Part shown: piece after piece, positions 50,604 to 60,032 of the stretch
Numbering within the stretch: position 1 is the first letter of the stretch
Layout: each line of letters opens with the position of its first letter
Assembly: GCA_001818495.1 (NCBI GenBank)
Contig: MHKS01000004.1
Coordinates: forward strand, 84,657-148,656
Reading direction: 5' to 3'
Length of the DNA stretch: 64,000 bases
Source of the DNA: Candidatus Komeilibacteria bacterium RIFOXYD1_FULL_37_29
GTDB taxonomy: Bacteria > Patescibacteriota > Patescibacteriia > UBA1558 > GWA2-36-10
Notes under the pieces: model-generated
Told to the model about the DNA's origin: nothing
What the model saw: only the letters and a program-made list of their open reading frames with translations
Database searches by the model: none
Translations under genes and position numbers: made by a program

Positions 50604-51569
50604 ATGATTCTGCAAGGTATAGACTTTGGTAATGTCTTTCTTGCATCCGGAGCATTGAACTTTTTTGGTGAGGGTTGGCCGTATCACAGGCTGTATAAAA
50701 TTATGCCAGGATTTGATTTTTCTGGGGCCACTTTTATCAGCAAGACAACGACCCTGTATCAAAGAACGGGGAATATGCCGTTAACGGCTAATTTACAACC
50801 AAAACAGTTGATGCCGGTTTGCATTAAGGTATATCCATTCAGGGGAGTGGTGTTAAACTCTGTTGGTTTAAGTGGTCCAGGTGTTCAAGTTTTATTAAAC
50901 TTAAACCAATGGCAGAAAATTCAAGAGCCTTTCTTATTATCTTTTATGGCAGTAGATACTACGCCACAAAAACGTGAAGAGGAGATAAGAATCTTCACAG
51001 ATTTATTAAGGCAGGCCTTGTCGGATTTTCTAACACCAATTGGTCTGGAAATAAATATTTCTTGTCCCAATACTCAGCACAATCCTAACGAGCTTATCAA
51101 GGAGGTGGTTTCTCAATTGGAGATAGCTTCTAAATTGAGAATTCCTTTGATGGTCAAGTTAAATGTCTTGGCATCTCCACATGCTGTGAAAGAGATTTGC
51201 GATTCAGGGTTGTGTGATGGAATAGAATGCTCAAATACTATTCCTTGGGGGCAATTACCAGACCTAGTTCACTGGAATGATCTTTTTGGCGTTACTATTT
51301 CGCCTTTGGCTAAATTGGGTGGCGGTGGTTTGTCTGGTTGGCCATTAGTAGAAATTGTAACTGACTGGATCAAGCGGGTCAGAGATACTGGCATTACTAT
51401 CCCCATCATTGCGGGTGGAGGCATAGGCTGTCGGAGAGATTATCGGCAGGGTATACTTGCTCATCAAGAAGCCGGCGCTAATGGAATATCTATCGGAACT
51501 GCAATGATGATTCGTCCTTGGCGAATTCGAAAGATTATTGATTTCGGTAATAAGGTTTTTGGAAACTAG
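50604..51569 (+). CDS. pyrD: dihydroorotate dehydrogenase (class 1-like)
   Basis: SKTTT..R.GN, NSVGLSGPG, EINISCPN, SNT, GGLSG. Confidence 0.85.
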   Translation: MILQGIDFGNVFLASGALNFFGEGWPYHRLYKIMPGFDFSGATFISKTTTLYQRTGNMPLTANLQPKQLMPVCIKVYPFRGVVLNSVGLSGPGVQVLLNLNQWQKIQEPFLLSFMAVDTTPQKREEEIRIFTDLLRQALSDFLTPIGLEINISCPNTQHNPNELIKEVVSQLEIASKLRIPLMVKLNVLASPHAVKEICDSGLCDGIECSNTIPWGQLPDLVHWNDLFGVTISPLAKLGGGGLSGWPLVEIVTDWIKRVRDTGITIPIIAGGGIGCRRDYRQGILAHQEAGANGISIGTAMMIRPWRIRKIIDFGNKVFGN

Positions 51570-51599
51570 AAACTCAAAGCTCAGAAAGGAGTAATTATT

Positions 51600-52358
51600 A
51601 TGAGCTTACATGTTGCAGAACGGTTGATCGTAGCCGCTGATTATTCACCCAAGAAGTTCGGTGGAATAGCAGGCGTGGAAAAGCAGGTTTTGGTTTTGGC
51701 CAAAGATTTGCAGGGGACCGGAGTTTACATCAAGGTAAACTCCATTTTACGGGCGGTCGGTTATTCTCTGATCGTCAAGCTTCACGACCTCGGTGTGAAA
51801 GTGTTTGCCGATCTTAAACTCATCGATATTTCCAATACGATGGGTACAGATGGTGAACTGTTGGCCGAGTTTAAGCCGGACATTTTGACAGTGATGTGTT
51901 GTGCTGGCATCGACGGCATGCACGCTGTTCAGAAAGTTATCGGTGGTACCACCGAGGTTCTCGGCGTGACGGTTTTGACCAGCCTCAATGAGGAAGAGTG
52001 CCAGAGCATTTTCACCTGTTCAACCAAAGCCGGTGTTCTTCGGTTCTCCCGTATGGCTCAGTTGGCCAATCTTGGCGGACTGATCCTATCACCTCAAGAG
52101 GTAGAAGTGGTCAGTAAGAGATTTGAGCTGACACTCAGTCTCAATACTCCTGGTATTCGGCCAATTTGGTCGCTTGTCGAAGGAGACGACCAGAGTCGGG
52201 TTTTGACTCCTCAGAAAGCCATTGCCAACGGCGCCAAGCGTATTGTGATGGGAAGACCCATCATCGAAGCGGGCCCCAACGATAAGGGCCTACCTCAGAG
52301 TCCACGAGAAGCTGTGGATCTCACTCTCAAAGAAATTGAAGCAGGACTTAGTTCCTAG
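51600..52358 (+). CDS. pyrF: orotidine-5'-phosphate decarboxylase
   Basis: DLKLIDISNT, VTVLTS, TPGIR, DDQSRV.TP, GRPI. Confidence 0.93.
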   Translation: MSLHVAERLIVAADYSPKKFGGIAGVEKQVLVLAKDLQGTGVYIKVNSILRAVGYSLIVKLHDLGVKVFADLKLIDISNTMGTDGELLAEFKPDILTVMCCAGIDGMHAVQKVIGGTTEVLGVTVLTSLNEEECQSIFTCSTKAGVLRFSRMAQLANLGGLILSPQEVEVVSKRFELTLSLNTPGIRPIWSLVEGDDQSRVLTPQKAIANGAKRIVMGRPIIEAGPNDKGLPQSPREAVDLTLKEIEAGLSS

Positions 52359-52371
52359 AAGGAGATCGACT

Positions 52372-53079
52372 ATGAATTTAAACGATCTGTTGGGTTTTAA
52401 ACCAGCGGATTTCAGAAACAGAGATGTATCTGTTGAAGAAATGCTAAGTTGGTTTGATGCCTGCGACGCTGCTTGGGTGCATAGTGGTGATTCAAGAGAT
52501 CCACATGCTGAGCTTACTTCAGGTAAGTGCAGCAATGGATTTTTTGACTGTCTGCGGGTTCTCAAGTATGTGAAGCTTTCAGAGATTCTGGCCAATCAGT
52601 TGGCGCGTAAGATCCGATCTACTATCGGTGATCAGAATGTGGATTGGGTGATTGCCTCACCAATGGCTGGGATCACCTTTGGTCATGATGTCGCCAGAGC
52701 GCTCGGCGCTCAGGTTTTCATGTTCACGGAGAAGCATCCGGATGATAAGGATGCTATGCTCTGGAACCGGCTGGCAATTCCCGAAGGAGCGTCAGTTCTT
52801 CAGATTGAAGAACTGACTACTACGGCGAAGACTCTCAATGCTGTTCAGGCAGCAGTCAATGCCGGTAATCCGAATCCTGTCAACTGGTTGCCATTTATTG
52901 GTATCCTTGTTCATCGGCCGCCTCAGTTACCGGTCGATCATTATGGTGACAGAAAGGTCATCACTCTGATCGAAACGGAAGTCTGGGCCGTGGATCCAGA
53001 CAAATGTCAGCTGTGTGCTAGCGGGTCGGTAAGATACAAGCCGAAAACTCACTGGAAACAGTTGACCGGCAAGGCGTAA
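52372..53079 (+). CDS. pyrE: orotate phosphoribosyltransferase-like protein
   Basis: ELTSGKCSNGFF, VLQIEELTTT PRPP loop; AAGGAG SD before ATG 52372; follows pyrF. Confidence 0.8.
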   Translation: MNLNDLLGFKPADFRNRDVSVEEMLSWFDACDAAWVHSGDSRDPHAELTSGKCSNGFFDCLRVLKYVKLSEILANQLARKIRSTIGDQNVDWVIASPMAGITFGHDVARALGAQVFMFTEKHPDDKDAMLWNRLAIPEGASVLQIEELTTTAKTLNAVQAAVNAGNPNPVNWLPFIGILVHRPPQLPVDHYGDRKVITLIETEVWAVDPDKCQLCASGSVRYKPKTHWKQLTGKA

Positions 53080-53095
53080 TATACGCATGCAATTC

Positions 53096-53133
53096 AAAAA
53101 AGAGGGGAGGCATCACAACCTCTCCTTTTCTTT
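53096..53133 (+). terminator. terminator after pyr cassette
   Basis: AAGAGGGGAGG...CCTCTCCTTTTCTTT. Confidence 0.6.
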
Positions 53134-53219
53134 ATAATATCGCCTCAAAGGCGATTTTTTGGTATAATAAAGGTAGGTTAATTAACACTCGTTTTTACGA
53201 GTTAAGAAAGGGAAAAAAT

Positions 53220-53477
53220 ATGAAAGGATTACACATGGTAACCTTTTTGCTACTAGTAATTGGTGGCCTTAATTGGTTGTTAGTTGGAGCTTTTGATTTT
53301 GATTTGGTAGCTACAATTTTTGGTAATATGAGTGCTATTTCCCGCATAGTCTACGTCTTGGTTGGTTTGTCAGCCATCTTTGAGCTAGCTACTCATAAAA
53401 AATCTTGTCAGCTTTGCCAGTCTACAGCTCCCAAACCACAGTCTCCAACTAGTGGTGGCCAGACTTCACAGCTGTAG
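53220..53477 (+). CDS. DUF378 small membrane protein
   Basis: LLVIGGLNWLLVG.F.FDLVA.IFG..SRIVYVLVGLSA. Confidence 0.9.
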   Translation: MKGLHMVTFLLLVIGGLNWLLVGAFDFDLVATIFGNMSAISRIVYVLVGLSAIFELATHKKSCQLCQSTAPKPQSPTSGGQTSQL

Positions 53478-53547
53478 TAAATTATTAAAATCATTATAAA
53501 CTATGGCCTAAAATCATAGAGGCCAAGTCTTAGTTTAGTTTTTCATC

Positions 53548-54816
53548 ATGCATATAAATTGGAAAAAAATAGGGCCTTATTTGATAATTATAGCCGCAGT
53601 TTTATGGGCTTTAGACGGGATACTGAGAAGATCTCTTTTTTCTTTACCGCCTACTATTATAGTTTTTTATGAACATTTGATTGGTTTGATTATTATAGCG
53701 CCATGGTTGTTTAAAAATATAAGGAATTTAAAATTTACCAAAAGAGAGTGGGGGGCTTTGTTGGTTGTTAGTATTTTTAGTGGAGTTTTGGGCACATTAT
53801 GGTTTACGACAGCCTTGGTAAAAGTAAATTATATTTCTTTTTCTGTGGTGTTTTTGTTACAAAAGCTACAGCCAATTTTTGCCATGACTTTTGCCATAAT
53901 TTTCCTTAAAGAAAAAATCAGTAAACGTTATCTCCTGTGGGCTTTAGTAGCTATGCTAGCTGCTTATTTTGTTACTTTTAAAAATGGGTTGATTAGTTTT
54001 AATACCGGCGATGAGACCTTAAAAGCCGCCTTGTTTGCTTTGGGAGCGGCTTTTGCCTGGGGCTCATCGACTGCCTTTTCCCGTTTTGCCTTACTTCGAA
54101 AATCAAACACAGTGGTTACTGGTGTGAGATTTTTTTTGACCACTATCTTAGCCTTAATTTTTGTATTTATTTTTGGCCAGCAGGCCGCCCTGATGTCTCC
54201 CAACTCTAACCAGTGGCTTCGTTTTGTCATCATAGCGTTTAGTAGTGGGCTTTTGGCTTTATGGATTTATTATCGGGGTCTTAAAAATACTCAAGTTAAA
54301 GTGGCTACTATTTTAGAATTGACCTTTCCTTTTTTAGCAATTTTTATTGACATCTTTTTGTATAAAAATGTATTAGCCGTCAGTCAATACCTCGCTGCTT
54401 TGCTACTTCTCTTGGCTATGTATCGGGTGGCCAGGTTAAATACTGCTTTTGACAAAATCTATCATACCAGCGTGATTGGGGGAGCTGGTCGGGGAAAGAG
54501 AATTGGTTTTCCAACATTAAATTTTATTATTCCCGATGATTTTGAACATTCTTATGGTATTTATTGCGGTTTTATCATAGCCAATTCCCAGCAATATAAA
54601 GTCGCTTTTCATTATGGGCCAATCCCGACATTTTCTGATAAGAGGAGATCTTTGGAGGCTTATATTATTTCGGGAGAACAATTAGAACCGATACCGGATA
54701 AAATCTCCTTTCGCTTTGTATCTAAGTTGAGAGATATAGAAAATTTTTCGGATAAAGATAAATTGATAGCCAATATCAAACAGGATATTGTGATAGCTAA
54801 AGAAATTTTGGCCTAG
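53548..54816 (+). CDS. EamA/DMT transporter fused to a riboflavin kinase domain
   Basis: ~10 TM helices then VIGGAGRGKRIGFPTLN...GIY...G..PTF...LEAY...LRD..F. Confidence 0.85.
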   Translation: MHINWKKIGPYLIIIAAVLWALDGILRRSLFSLPPTIIVFYEHLIGLIIIAPWLFKNIRNLKFTKREWGALLVVSIFSGVLGTLWFTTALVKVNYISFSVVFLLQKLQPIFAMTFAIIFLKEKISKRYLLWALVAMLAAYFVTFKNGLISFNTGDETLKAALFALGAAFAWGSSTAFSRFALLRKSNTVVTGVRFFLTTILALIFVFIFGQQAALMSPNSNQWLRFVIIAFSSGLLALWIYYRGLKNTQVKVATILELTFPFLAIFIDIFLYKNVLAVSQYLAALLLLLAMYRVARLNTAFDKIYHTSVIGGAGRGKRIGFPTLNFIIPDDFEHSYGIYCGFIIANSQQYKVAFHYGPIPTFSDKRRSLEAYIISGEQLEPIPDKISFRFVSKLRDIENFSDKDKLIANIKQDIVIAKEILA

Positions 54817-54853
54817 AATTTTTGGGTTATTTTGTATAATTTTAAATATATTT

Positions 54854-55246
54854 ATGTTATCTTCCAAACAAAAAAAACAACTTTTATTTTTACTACTAGC
54901 AGCTTTGTGGGGTTATCTTATTTTTTATTTATCCAATACTCCAGATTTAGCTAGTAATTTGGCGCCTCAATATGATTTTGTTTTGCGCAAGCTGGCGCAT
55001 ATTTTTGTATTTTCTGTTTTGACTTATTTAGTAGCCTCTAGTTTTGATAGTCAGAAGAGGCATTATTTGCTTTTTGTCATCATTGCAGCGATTGTCTATG
55101 CTTTGGTGGATGAGGTCCATCAGTCTTTTGTCCAAGGTAGGGTCGGTAGCAGTCGGGATATTTTGGTTGATTCAGTCGGTGTTTATTTGGGCATTTGGTT
55201 TTATAAAGTCCATTCAGCTCATAGATTTTTAAAGTTTATAAAATAA
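54854..55246 (+). CDS. VanZ family protein
   Basis: RKLAH, YALVDEVHQSFV.GR.GS..DILVD. Confidence 0.9.
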   Translation: MLSSKQKKQLLFLLLAALWGYLIFYLSNTPDLASNLAPQYDFVLRKLAHIFVFSVLTYLVASSFDSQKRHYLLFVIIAAIVYALVDEVHQSFVQGRVGSSRDILVDSVGVYLGIWFYKVHSAHRFLKFIK

Positions 55247-55281
55247 AAATTACCCCAAGCCTAAGCCGAGGGGTAATTTTT
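55245..55281. terminator. bidirectional terminator
   Basis: AAAAATTACCCC...GGGGTAATTTTT between convergent genes. Confidence 0.75.
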
Positions 55282-55293
55282 TATTGTAGAAAA

Positions 55294-55638
55294 TTATTTT
55301 ATAGCTTCAACAATTTTTTTAAAGGCCTTAGGATCTTTCGCAGCAATTTGGGCTAATACTTTTCTGTCTAGCTCTGATTTTTTAGTTTTTAAAGCATGAA
55401 TAAAAGCGGAATATTTCCAATCTAATTGGTGTAAGGCAGCGTTAAGTTGAGTTTCCCATAGACGACGGTTAACTCTTTTTTTGTTGCGTCTATCTCGTCT
55501 GGCGTGTTTACCAGCATGCAGTATTGCTTCTTTAGCTTGTTTGATTTTATGTTTGCGGCCCCAGTTATATCCTTTGGTTTTTTTAAGGATATTTTTTCTT
55601 CTTTTGACGTGGGTGGTGCCTCTTTTTACTCTTGGCAT
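55294..55638 (-). CDS. rplT: 50S ribosomal protein L20
   Basis: MPRVKRG, RDRRNKKR..RRLW, LDRKVLA. Confidence 0.97.
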   Translation of the reverse strand: MPRVKRGTTHVKRRKNILKKTKGYNWGRKHKIKQAKEAILHAGKHARRDRRNKKRVNRRLWETQLNAALHQLDWKYSAFIHALKTKKSELDRKVLAQIAAKDPKAFKKIVEAIK

Positions 55639-55659
55639 AATATTTTAGTTCTTAGCAAT

Positions 55660-55854
55660 TTATAAGTAAGGTAATAATTTTTTAACAGTTTTAATATTGA
55701 CTGAGGACAATTCTTTATCACGTCTTTTGTTTTTTGTGACTTTAGAAGATTCTCGGGAATTAAAATGATCTTGTCCGGCAGTACGGATAATTACCTTCTT
55801 TCGACTGGTAATACGTACTCTTTTTCTTAGTAATTTCTTGGTTTTTAATTTCAT
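55660..55854 (-). CDS. rpmI: 50S ribosomal protein L35
   Basis: MKLKTKK..KR.RIT; between infC and rplT. Confidence 0.9.
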   Translation of the reverse strand: MKLKTKKLLRKRVRITSRKKVIIRTAGQDHFNSRESSKVTKNKRRDKELSSVNIKTVKKLLPYL

Positions 55855-55875
55855 AATATTTTATGATTGAAGGAA

Positions 55876-56409
55876 TTATTTTTTATTGATAGTTAGGCTC
55901 AATATTGGACCCAATTGTTGTATTTCTTTGTCAACATTATAGCCACCGCCTAAATCATCGGCAAATTTTTTGATGATTTCTATAGCTTTGCCTTTGAAGG
56001 TAAAGGCTTTTTCCCGGCCTTTTAATCTGAGTTCTATTTTGACATTGTGACCTTTGGTCAAGAATTTTTCGGCTTGTTTTTGTTTGACCAACATATCATG
56101 CTGGCCAATTTTTAAAGACAATCTAATACATTTGGTTTCAAGTTGTTTGACCTTTTTTTCACCACGACTTTGTTGGTATTGAAATTTTCCGTGGTCTATA
56201 ATTTTACAGACCGGTGGCTGGGCTAGGGGAGATACTTCTACCAAATCTAGACCCTTTTCCATAGCTAGGTTTAAGGCTTGCTCTAGTGGCATCACACCCA
56301 GCTGTTCATTTTCTTCTCCAATGACTCGGACTTCAGCGGCGCGGATTTGTTTGTTGATCCAATATTTTTTACCGCCGAATCTAGTCGAATTTTTTTGGTT
56401 TGTTCTAAT
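55876..56409 (-). CDS. infC: translation initiation factor IF-3 (ATT start)
   Basis: Frame extends 38 codons upstream of the ORF track (INKQIRAAEVRVI) to ATT at 56409, preceded by an in-frame TAA; LDLVEVSP..PPVCKI. Confidence 0.92.
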   Translation of the reverse strand: MRTNQKNSTRFGGKKYWINKQIRAAEVRVIGEENEQLGVMPLEQALNLAMEKGLDLVEVSPLAQPPVCKIIDHGKFQYQQSRGEKKVKQLETKCIRLSLKIGQHDMLVKQKQAEKFLTKGHNVKIELRLKGREKAFTFKGKAIEIIKKFADDLGGGYNVDKEIQQLGPILSLTINKK

Positions 56410-56465
56410 GGCTTTGTTTTAATTATAAAATGGAGTTTCTAAAGTCCTTTAGGGGCTTTTAAAAC

Positions 56466-56850
56466 TGGTGGAGATGAGGGGTATTGCACCCCTGTCTGAC
56501 AAATGTCCTAATACACTTCTACAAGTTTATTCAATTTTGTTTTTTAAATTATTGGCTCTAAAATTGACAAAAAACCAATAATCGAGTTGGTTGGGAGTTT
56601 TGAAATACTAATACCAACTTATAGTATTTCTAGCCTGAATAAATGACGCTTCTAGTTAATTTCAGGCACATTAGCCTAGAAACGGTCGAGGCACAATATT
56701 AGGCCAAGACTGGTGCAAAGCTAGGAACTCTGAAGAGCTCTTTTACTTTGGCAAAAGTGTTTTCTGCACTTATTTTATGTAATTTTTGCGAGATTACTAA
56801 CTCCACTTGCGATATATCATTTCATTTGACATCAAATAAAAAACATCCCC
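56466..56850 (-). ncRNA. ssrA: tmRNA
   Basis: 5' GGGGATG pairs with 3' CATCTCC-ACCA (G3:U); tag ORF 56767-56699 AENTFAKVKELFRVPSFAPVLA*; directly downstream of smpB. Confidence 0.92.
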
Positions 56851-56855
56851 TTAAA

Positions 56856-57308
56856 TTAAAAACTTTTCAGTTTTCTTAAAATGTCTCTATTGATATCCCT
56901 TGTTTTGATATCTTCCCGTTTGTCAAATTTCTTTTTTCCTTTAACTAAGGCGATTTTTACCTTAATTAACCTTCGCGTAGTATACACTGAAATGGGTATT
57001 ATTGTCAAGCCCTTCTCATCGGTTTTATTGGATAAATAGGTGATTTCTTTTTTAGTTAATAGTAACCGTCTATCGCTATCAGTATTATAGTTTTGCGTGC
57101 TTTGTTTAGAAGCTTTGGCATAGATGGGGATATGAAGTTTTTTTATGTAGGCTTGGCCATTCTTTACTGAGATAAAGGCACCTTTGAGACTGATATGTTT
57201 TGTCTTGATAGATTTTACTTCGGCGCCAGTCAAAGCTAAGCCAGCTTCAAATTCTTCGAGTATTTTGAAGTTGTGATTGATCTGATTGTTTTTAGCAATA
57301 ACTGGCAT
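56856..57308 (-). CDS. smpB: SsrA-binding protein
   Basis: EAGLALTGAEVKS, RRLLL.KKEI, GKKKFDKRE. Confidence 0.96.
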   Translation of the reverse strand: MPVIAKNNQINHNFKILEEFEAGLALTGAEVKSIKTKHISLKGAFISVKNGQAYIKKLHIPIYAKASKQSTQNYNTDSDRRLLLTKKEITYLSNKTDEKGLTIIPISVYTTRRLIKVKIALVKGKKKFDKREDIKTRDINRDILRKLKSF

Positions 57309-57450
57309 AAATTGTTTTTCTACGGGGTAACTATAAAATATTTTGGCTTATTTGACAAGAATAGGCCTTTATGATGATTATGCTTATCCTTAAATTTATG
57401 GGATTTTGATTTATCTTAAAATTTGTTATAATAAAGCTATATTATTAATA

Positions 57451-57585
57451 ATGACTAGTCAGCAGAAAAAAATATTGATTATTACCGGAATAATTTTTGT
57501 CATTACAATAATTTTTATTTTAATTTTCAGATATGGCATCCATTTGTTTGTGGAGGACTTTGATTATTTTAAACCTTTGGCCTAA
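57451..57585 (+). CDS. small single-TM protein (44 aa)
   Basis: MTSQQKKILIITGIIFVITIIFILIFRYGIHLFVEDFDYFKPLA, downstream of TGTTATAAT. Confidence 0.45.
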   Translation: MTSQQKKILIITGIIFVITIIFILIFRYGIHLFVEDFDYFKPLA

Positions 57586-57609
57586 TAAAATAATAATTAA
57601 TAAAAATAT

Positions 57610-57828
57610 ATGTTCGGATTAATTTTAGTAATTTTGGGTATCCTATTTTTATTGGAAGAAATGGGGATTATTCATGGTGATTTTTGGGGTTATTTTTGGC
57701 CGGTCATTTTAATTGTACTGGGGCTCAACTTGATGAAGAAAGATAAATTTAGTATGGATTGTTGTAATTTTTGGGGGCAGTCCAAGAAAAAAGACAATAC
57801 TACTCATAAAGTAGTAGACGAACAATAA
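57610..57828 (+). CDS. small membrane protein, LiaF-N/DUF5668-like
   Basis: GLILVILGILFLL..MG...WGYFWPVILIVLG. Confidence 0.75.
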   Translation: MFGLILVILGILFLLEEMGIIHGDFWGYFWPVILIVLGLNLMKKDKFSMDCCNFWGQSKKKDNTTHKVVDEQ

Positions 57829-57868
57829 TTTTTTCGTGGCGGATTAAAAAAAAGGGGGCTTATTTTAG

Positions 57869-58246
57869 ATGAATATAATTAAAAATGAGAAAAGCAGTCA
57901 GGTAGAAGCAAAACATTCCAAGTTTTTGGGTTTTGCTTTTTATGTTGATAAGTCAGAACAGGTCAAAGCTATTTTAGAAAGTTTTGAAGCTAAGTACCAA
58001 GGAGCTAAACACATAGTCTATGCTTATCGTTTTTTGGAGGGAGGAGTACTGCGAGAAAAATTTGATAATGACAAAGAGCCGGTTGGCTCAGCTGGTCAGC
58101 CCATCTTGTATTTACTACAGAAAAAAGAAGTAATGAATTGTTTGATAGTAGTGGTTAGATATTTTGGCGGAACGCTTTTGGGCACTGGTGGTTTGGTCAG
58201 AGCCTACACAGCGGCGGCCCAGGGTACTTTGGAAGAAAATTTATGA
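57869..58246 (+). CDS. yigZ: YigZ/IMPACT family protein (N-terminal domain only)
   Basis: SKF, H.VYAYR, EP.GSAGQP, VVRYFGGTLLGTGGLVRAY. Confidence 0.9.
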   Translation: MNIIKNEKSSQVEAKHSKFLGFAFYVDKSEQVKAILESFEAKYQGAKHIVYAYRFLEGGVLREKFDNDKEPVGSAGQPILYLLQKKEVMNCLIVVVRYFGGTLLGTGGLVRAYTAAAQGTLEENL

Positions 58247-58265
58247 GCCGAAAGCTAATCAAACT

Positions 58266-58835
58266 ATGTACCAAAAAATCAGCCAACAGAATTTAAATAT
58301 CTCTGGTCAAAATTATCATTATAAATTGTGTCGTAAGAAGCGAGTAAAATATCTGAGATTGGCCGTTGGTCATGACGGCGCTCTGACTTTGACTGTACCG
58401 ATTGTTTATCCGATGTTTTTGATAAATAATTTTTTAAACAGTCGTCGGGATTGGATTATCCAAGCGTTGGTTAAGAAAAAAATAAATCCTAGTTTGCTAG
58501 CCGTCAGACACAGCGAAACACAGATTAAAGAATATAAAAAAATAGCTAGGGGTTTAGTAGAGGAGCGGCTAAATTATTTTAATCAGTTTTATAATTTTAA
58601 ATATCATAGAATTAGTATTCGCAATCAAAGCAGTCGTTGGGGGTCCTGCTCATCTCACCAAAATTTAAATTTTAATTATCGGGTAGCTATTTTGCCAGCA
58701 GAATTAGCTGATTATATTATTGCTCATGAGCTTTGCCACTTACAAGAAATGAACCATTCTCCTAGGTTTTGGCAACTGGTAGCCAAGGCAATCCCAGACT
58801 ATAAGGGTAGACAAAAAAAATTAAAGAAAATTTAG
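58266..58835 (+). CDS. YgjP/DUF45 SprT-like metallohydrolase
   Basis: RWGSCS, YIIAHELCHL.EMNHSPRFW; ATG 58266 avoids overlap with yigZ. Confidence 0.85.
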   Translation: MYQKISQQNLNISGQNYHYKLCRKKRVKYLRLAVGHDGALTLTVPIVYPMFLINNFLNSRRDWIIQALVKKKINPSLLAVRHSETQIKEYKKIARGLVEERLNYFNQFYNFKYHRISIRNQSSRWGSCSSHQNLNFNYRVAILPAELADYIIAHELCHLQEMNHSPRFWQLVAKAIPDYKGRQKKLKKI

Positions 58836-58929
58836 CTAAGGTTAGCTAAATTTTTTGATTATTAATAATTTGAAAAAAGCAGCTACTTCTGTTAAAATTA
58901 AAAGCACAAAAGGATTATAATAAAAATAT

Positions 58930-59472
58930 ATGACTAAAGAAAAAAAATACGCTAGACCAACTTGGGATGATTATTTTATGGCTGTGGCTAAGATAGTCGG
59001 TACTCGTAGTTCTTGCGATCGTTTACGAGCGGGCGCAGTTTTAGTGAAGGATAAGCGTATTATATCTACTGGATACAATGGGGCACCTTCTGGGCTGGAA
59101 AGCTGTGATGAGGTTGGACACTTAATGGAGGAAGGACATTGTGTCAGGACTATTCATGGCGAACACAATGCCATATTACAAGCGGCTATTATCAGCGGTG
59201 CTAGTACCCAAGGTACGACTATGTATAGCAAATATAATCCCTGTATTCATTGTTCCAAGTATATAGTAGCCGCTGGTGTGGCCAGAGTAGTTTTTAGTAA
59301 AATTTATCGTAATTCCAAAGCAGTAGATTATTTAAGACAGGCTGGTGTCAAAGTAGAAGAGTACAAAGAAAACGAAGATTGGAATGATAACATCAAAGAT
59401 TTATTTTCTGAAGATATCGAAGTAATAAAACCCAAAGAAGGTGATGTCAAAATGGAAGGAGAAATAGATTAA
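58930..59472 (+). CDS. dCMP deaminase (ComEB-like)
   Basis: RPTWDDYFM, TGYNGAP, HGEHNA, PCIHC. Confidence 0.92.
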   Translation: MTKEKKYARPTWDDYFMAVAKIVGTRSSCDRLRAGAVLVKDKRIISTGYNGAPSGLESCDEVGHLMEEGHCVRTIHGEHNAILQAAIISGASTQGTTMYSKYNPCIHCSKYIVAAGVARVVFSKIYRNSKAVDYLRQAGVKVEEYKENEDWNDNIKDLFSEDIEVIKPKEGDVKMEGEID

Positions 59473-60017
59473 TGAGTAAAATAATTTTAGGGTTTACCGG
59501 ACTGATGGCTTGTGGCAAAGGAACAGCCGCTAAATATTATAAAGAAAAATATAGCGCGCCAACTTTTCGTTTTTCTACATCGATGCGTGATTTACTAGAT
59601 CGTCTCTATTTGCCACAGTCTAGAGAAAATATGAGTACCATTTCGCGAATTACTCGAGAAGCTTTTGGCCAAGACTTGTATGCCAAAGTTATGGCTGGTG
59701 ATGTCGGTAAAGCCGAGCATGATATAGTGATAGTAGAAGGTATCCGCCGAATGGATGATGTCAAAGAATTAAAAAAATTGTCAAATTTTAAATTGGTAGC
59801 CATTGAAGCTGACATGAAAACTCGTTATGAGAGATTAAAAGTCCGAGGTGAAAATTCTGATGATGCTAGCAAAACTTGGGAGCAGTTTCAAAAAGATCAC
59901 CAGCTCGAGACAGAGATTAGTATTCCACCAGTGATGGCCAAAGCAGATATTGTGGTAGATAACAACGGTTCAGTGGAAGATTTTTATAAACAATTAGACA
60001 AATTGGTTATTCGCTAA
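59472..60017 (+). CDS. P-loop nucleotide kinase (dephospho-CoA-kinase-like fold, probable dNMP kinase)
   Basis: GLMACGKGT, IVEGIRR, R.ERL..RGE; context in dTTP operon. Confidence 0.65.
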   Translation: MSKIILGFTGLMACGKGTAAKYYKEKYSAPTFRFSTSMRDLLDRLYLPQSRENMSTISRITREAFGQDLYAKVMAGDVGKAEHDIVIVEGIRRMDDVKELKKLSNFKLVAIEADMKTRYERLKVRGENSDDASKTWEQFQKDHQLETEISIPPVMAKADIVVDNNGSVEDFYKQLDKLVIR

Positions 60018-60032
60018 GCTCCGTATAATAAA

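Noticed and set aside
50450-53200. Integrative element bounded by tRNA-Asp att sites
   Set aside because: No integrase and no tRNA 3' fragment after pyrE; the only duplicate lies upstream of the tRNA
58164-58265. Long overlap of yigZ with the next gene (also the TTG starts at 52336, 62046, 43221)
   Set aside because: Downstream in-frame ATGs give normal junctions
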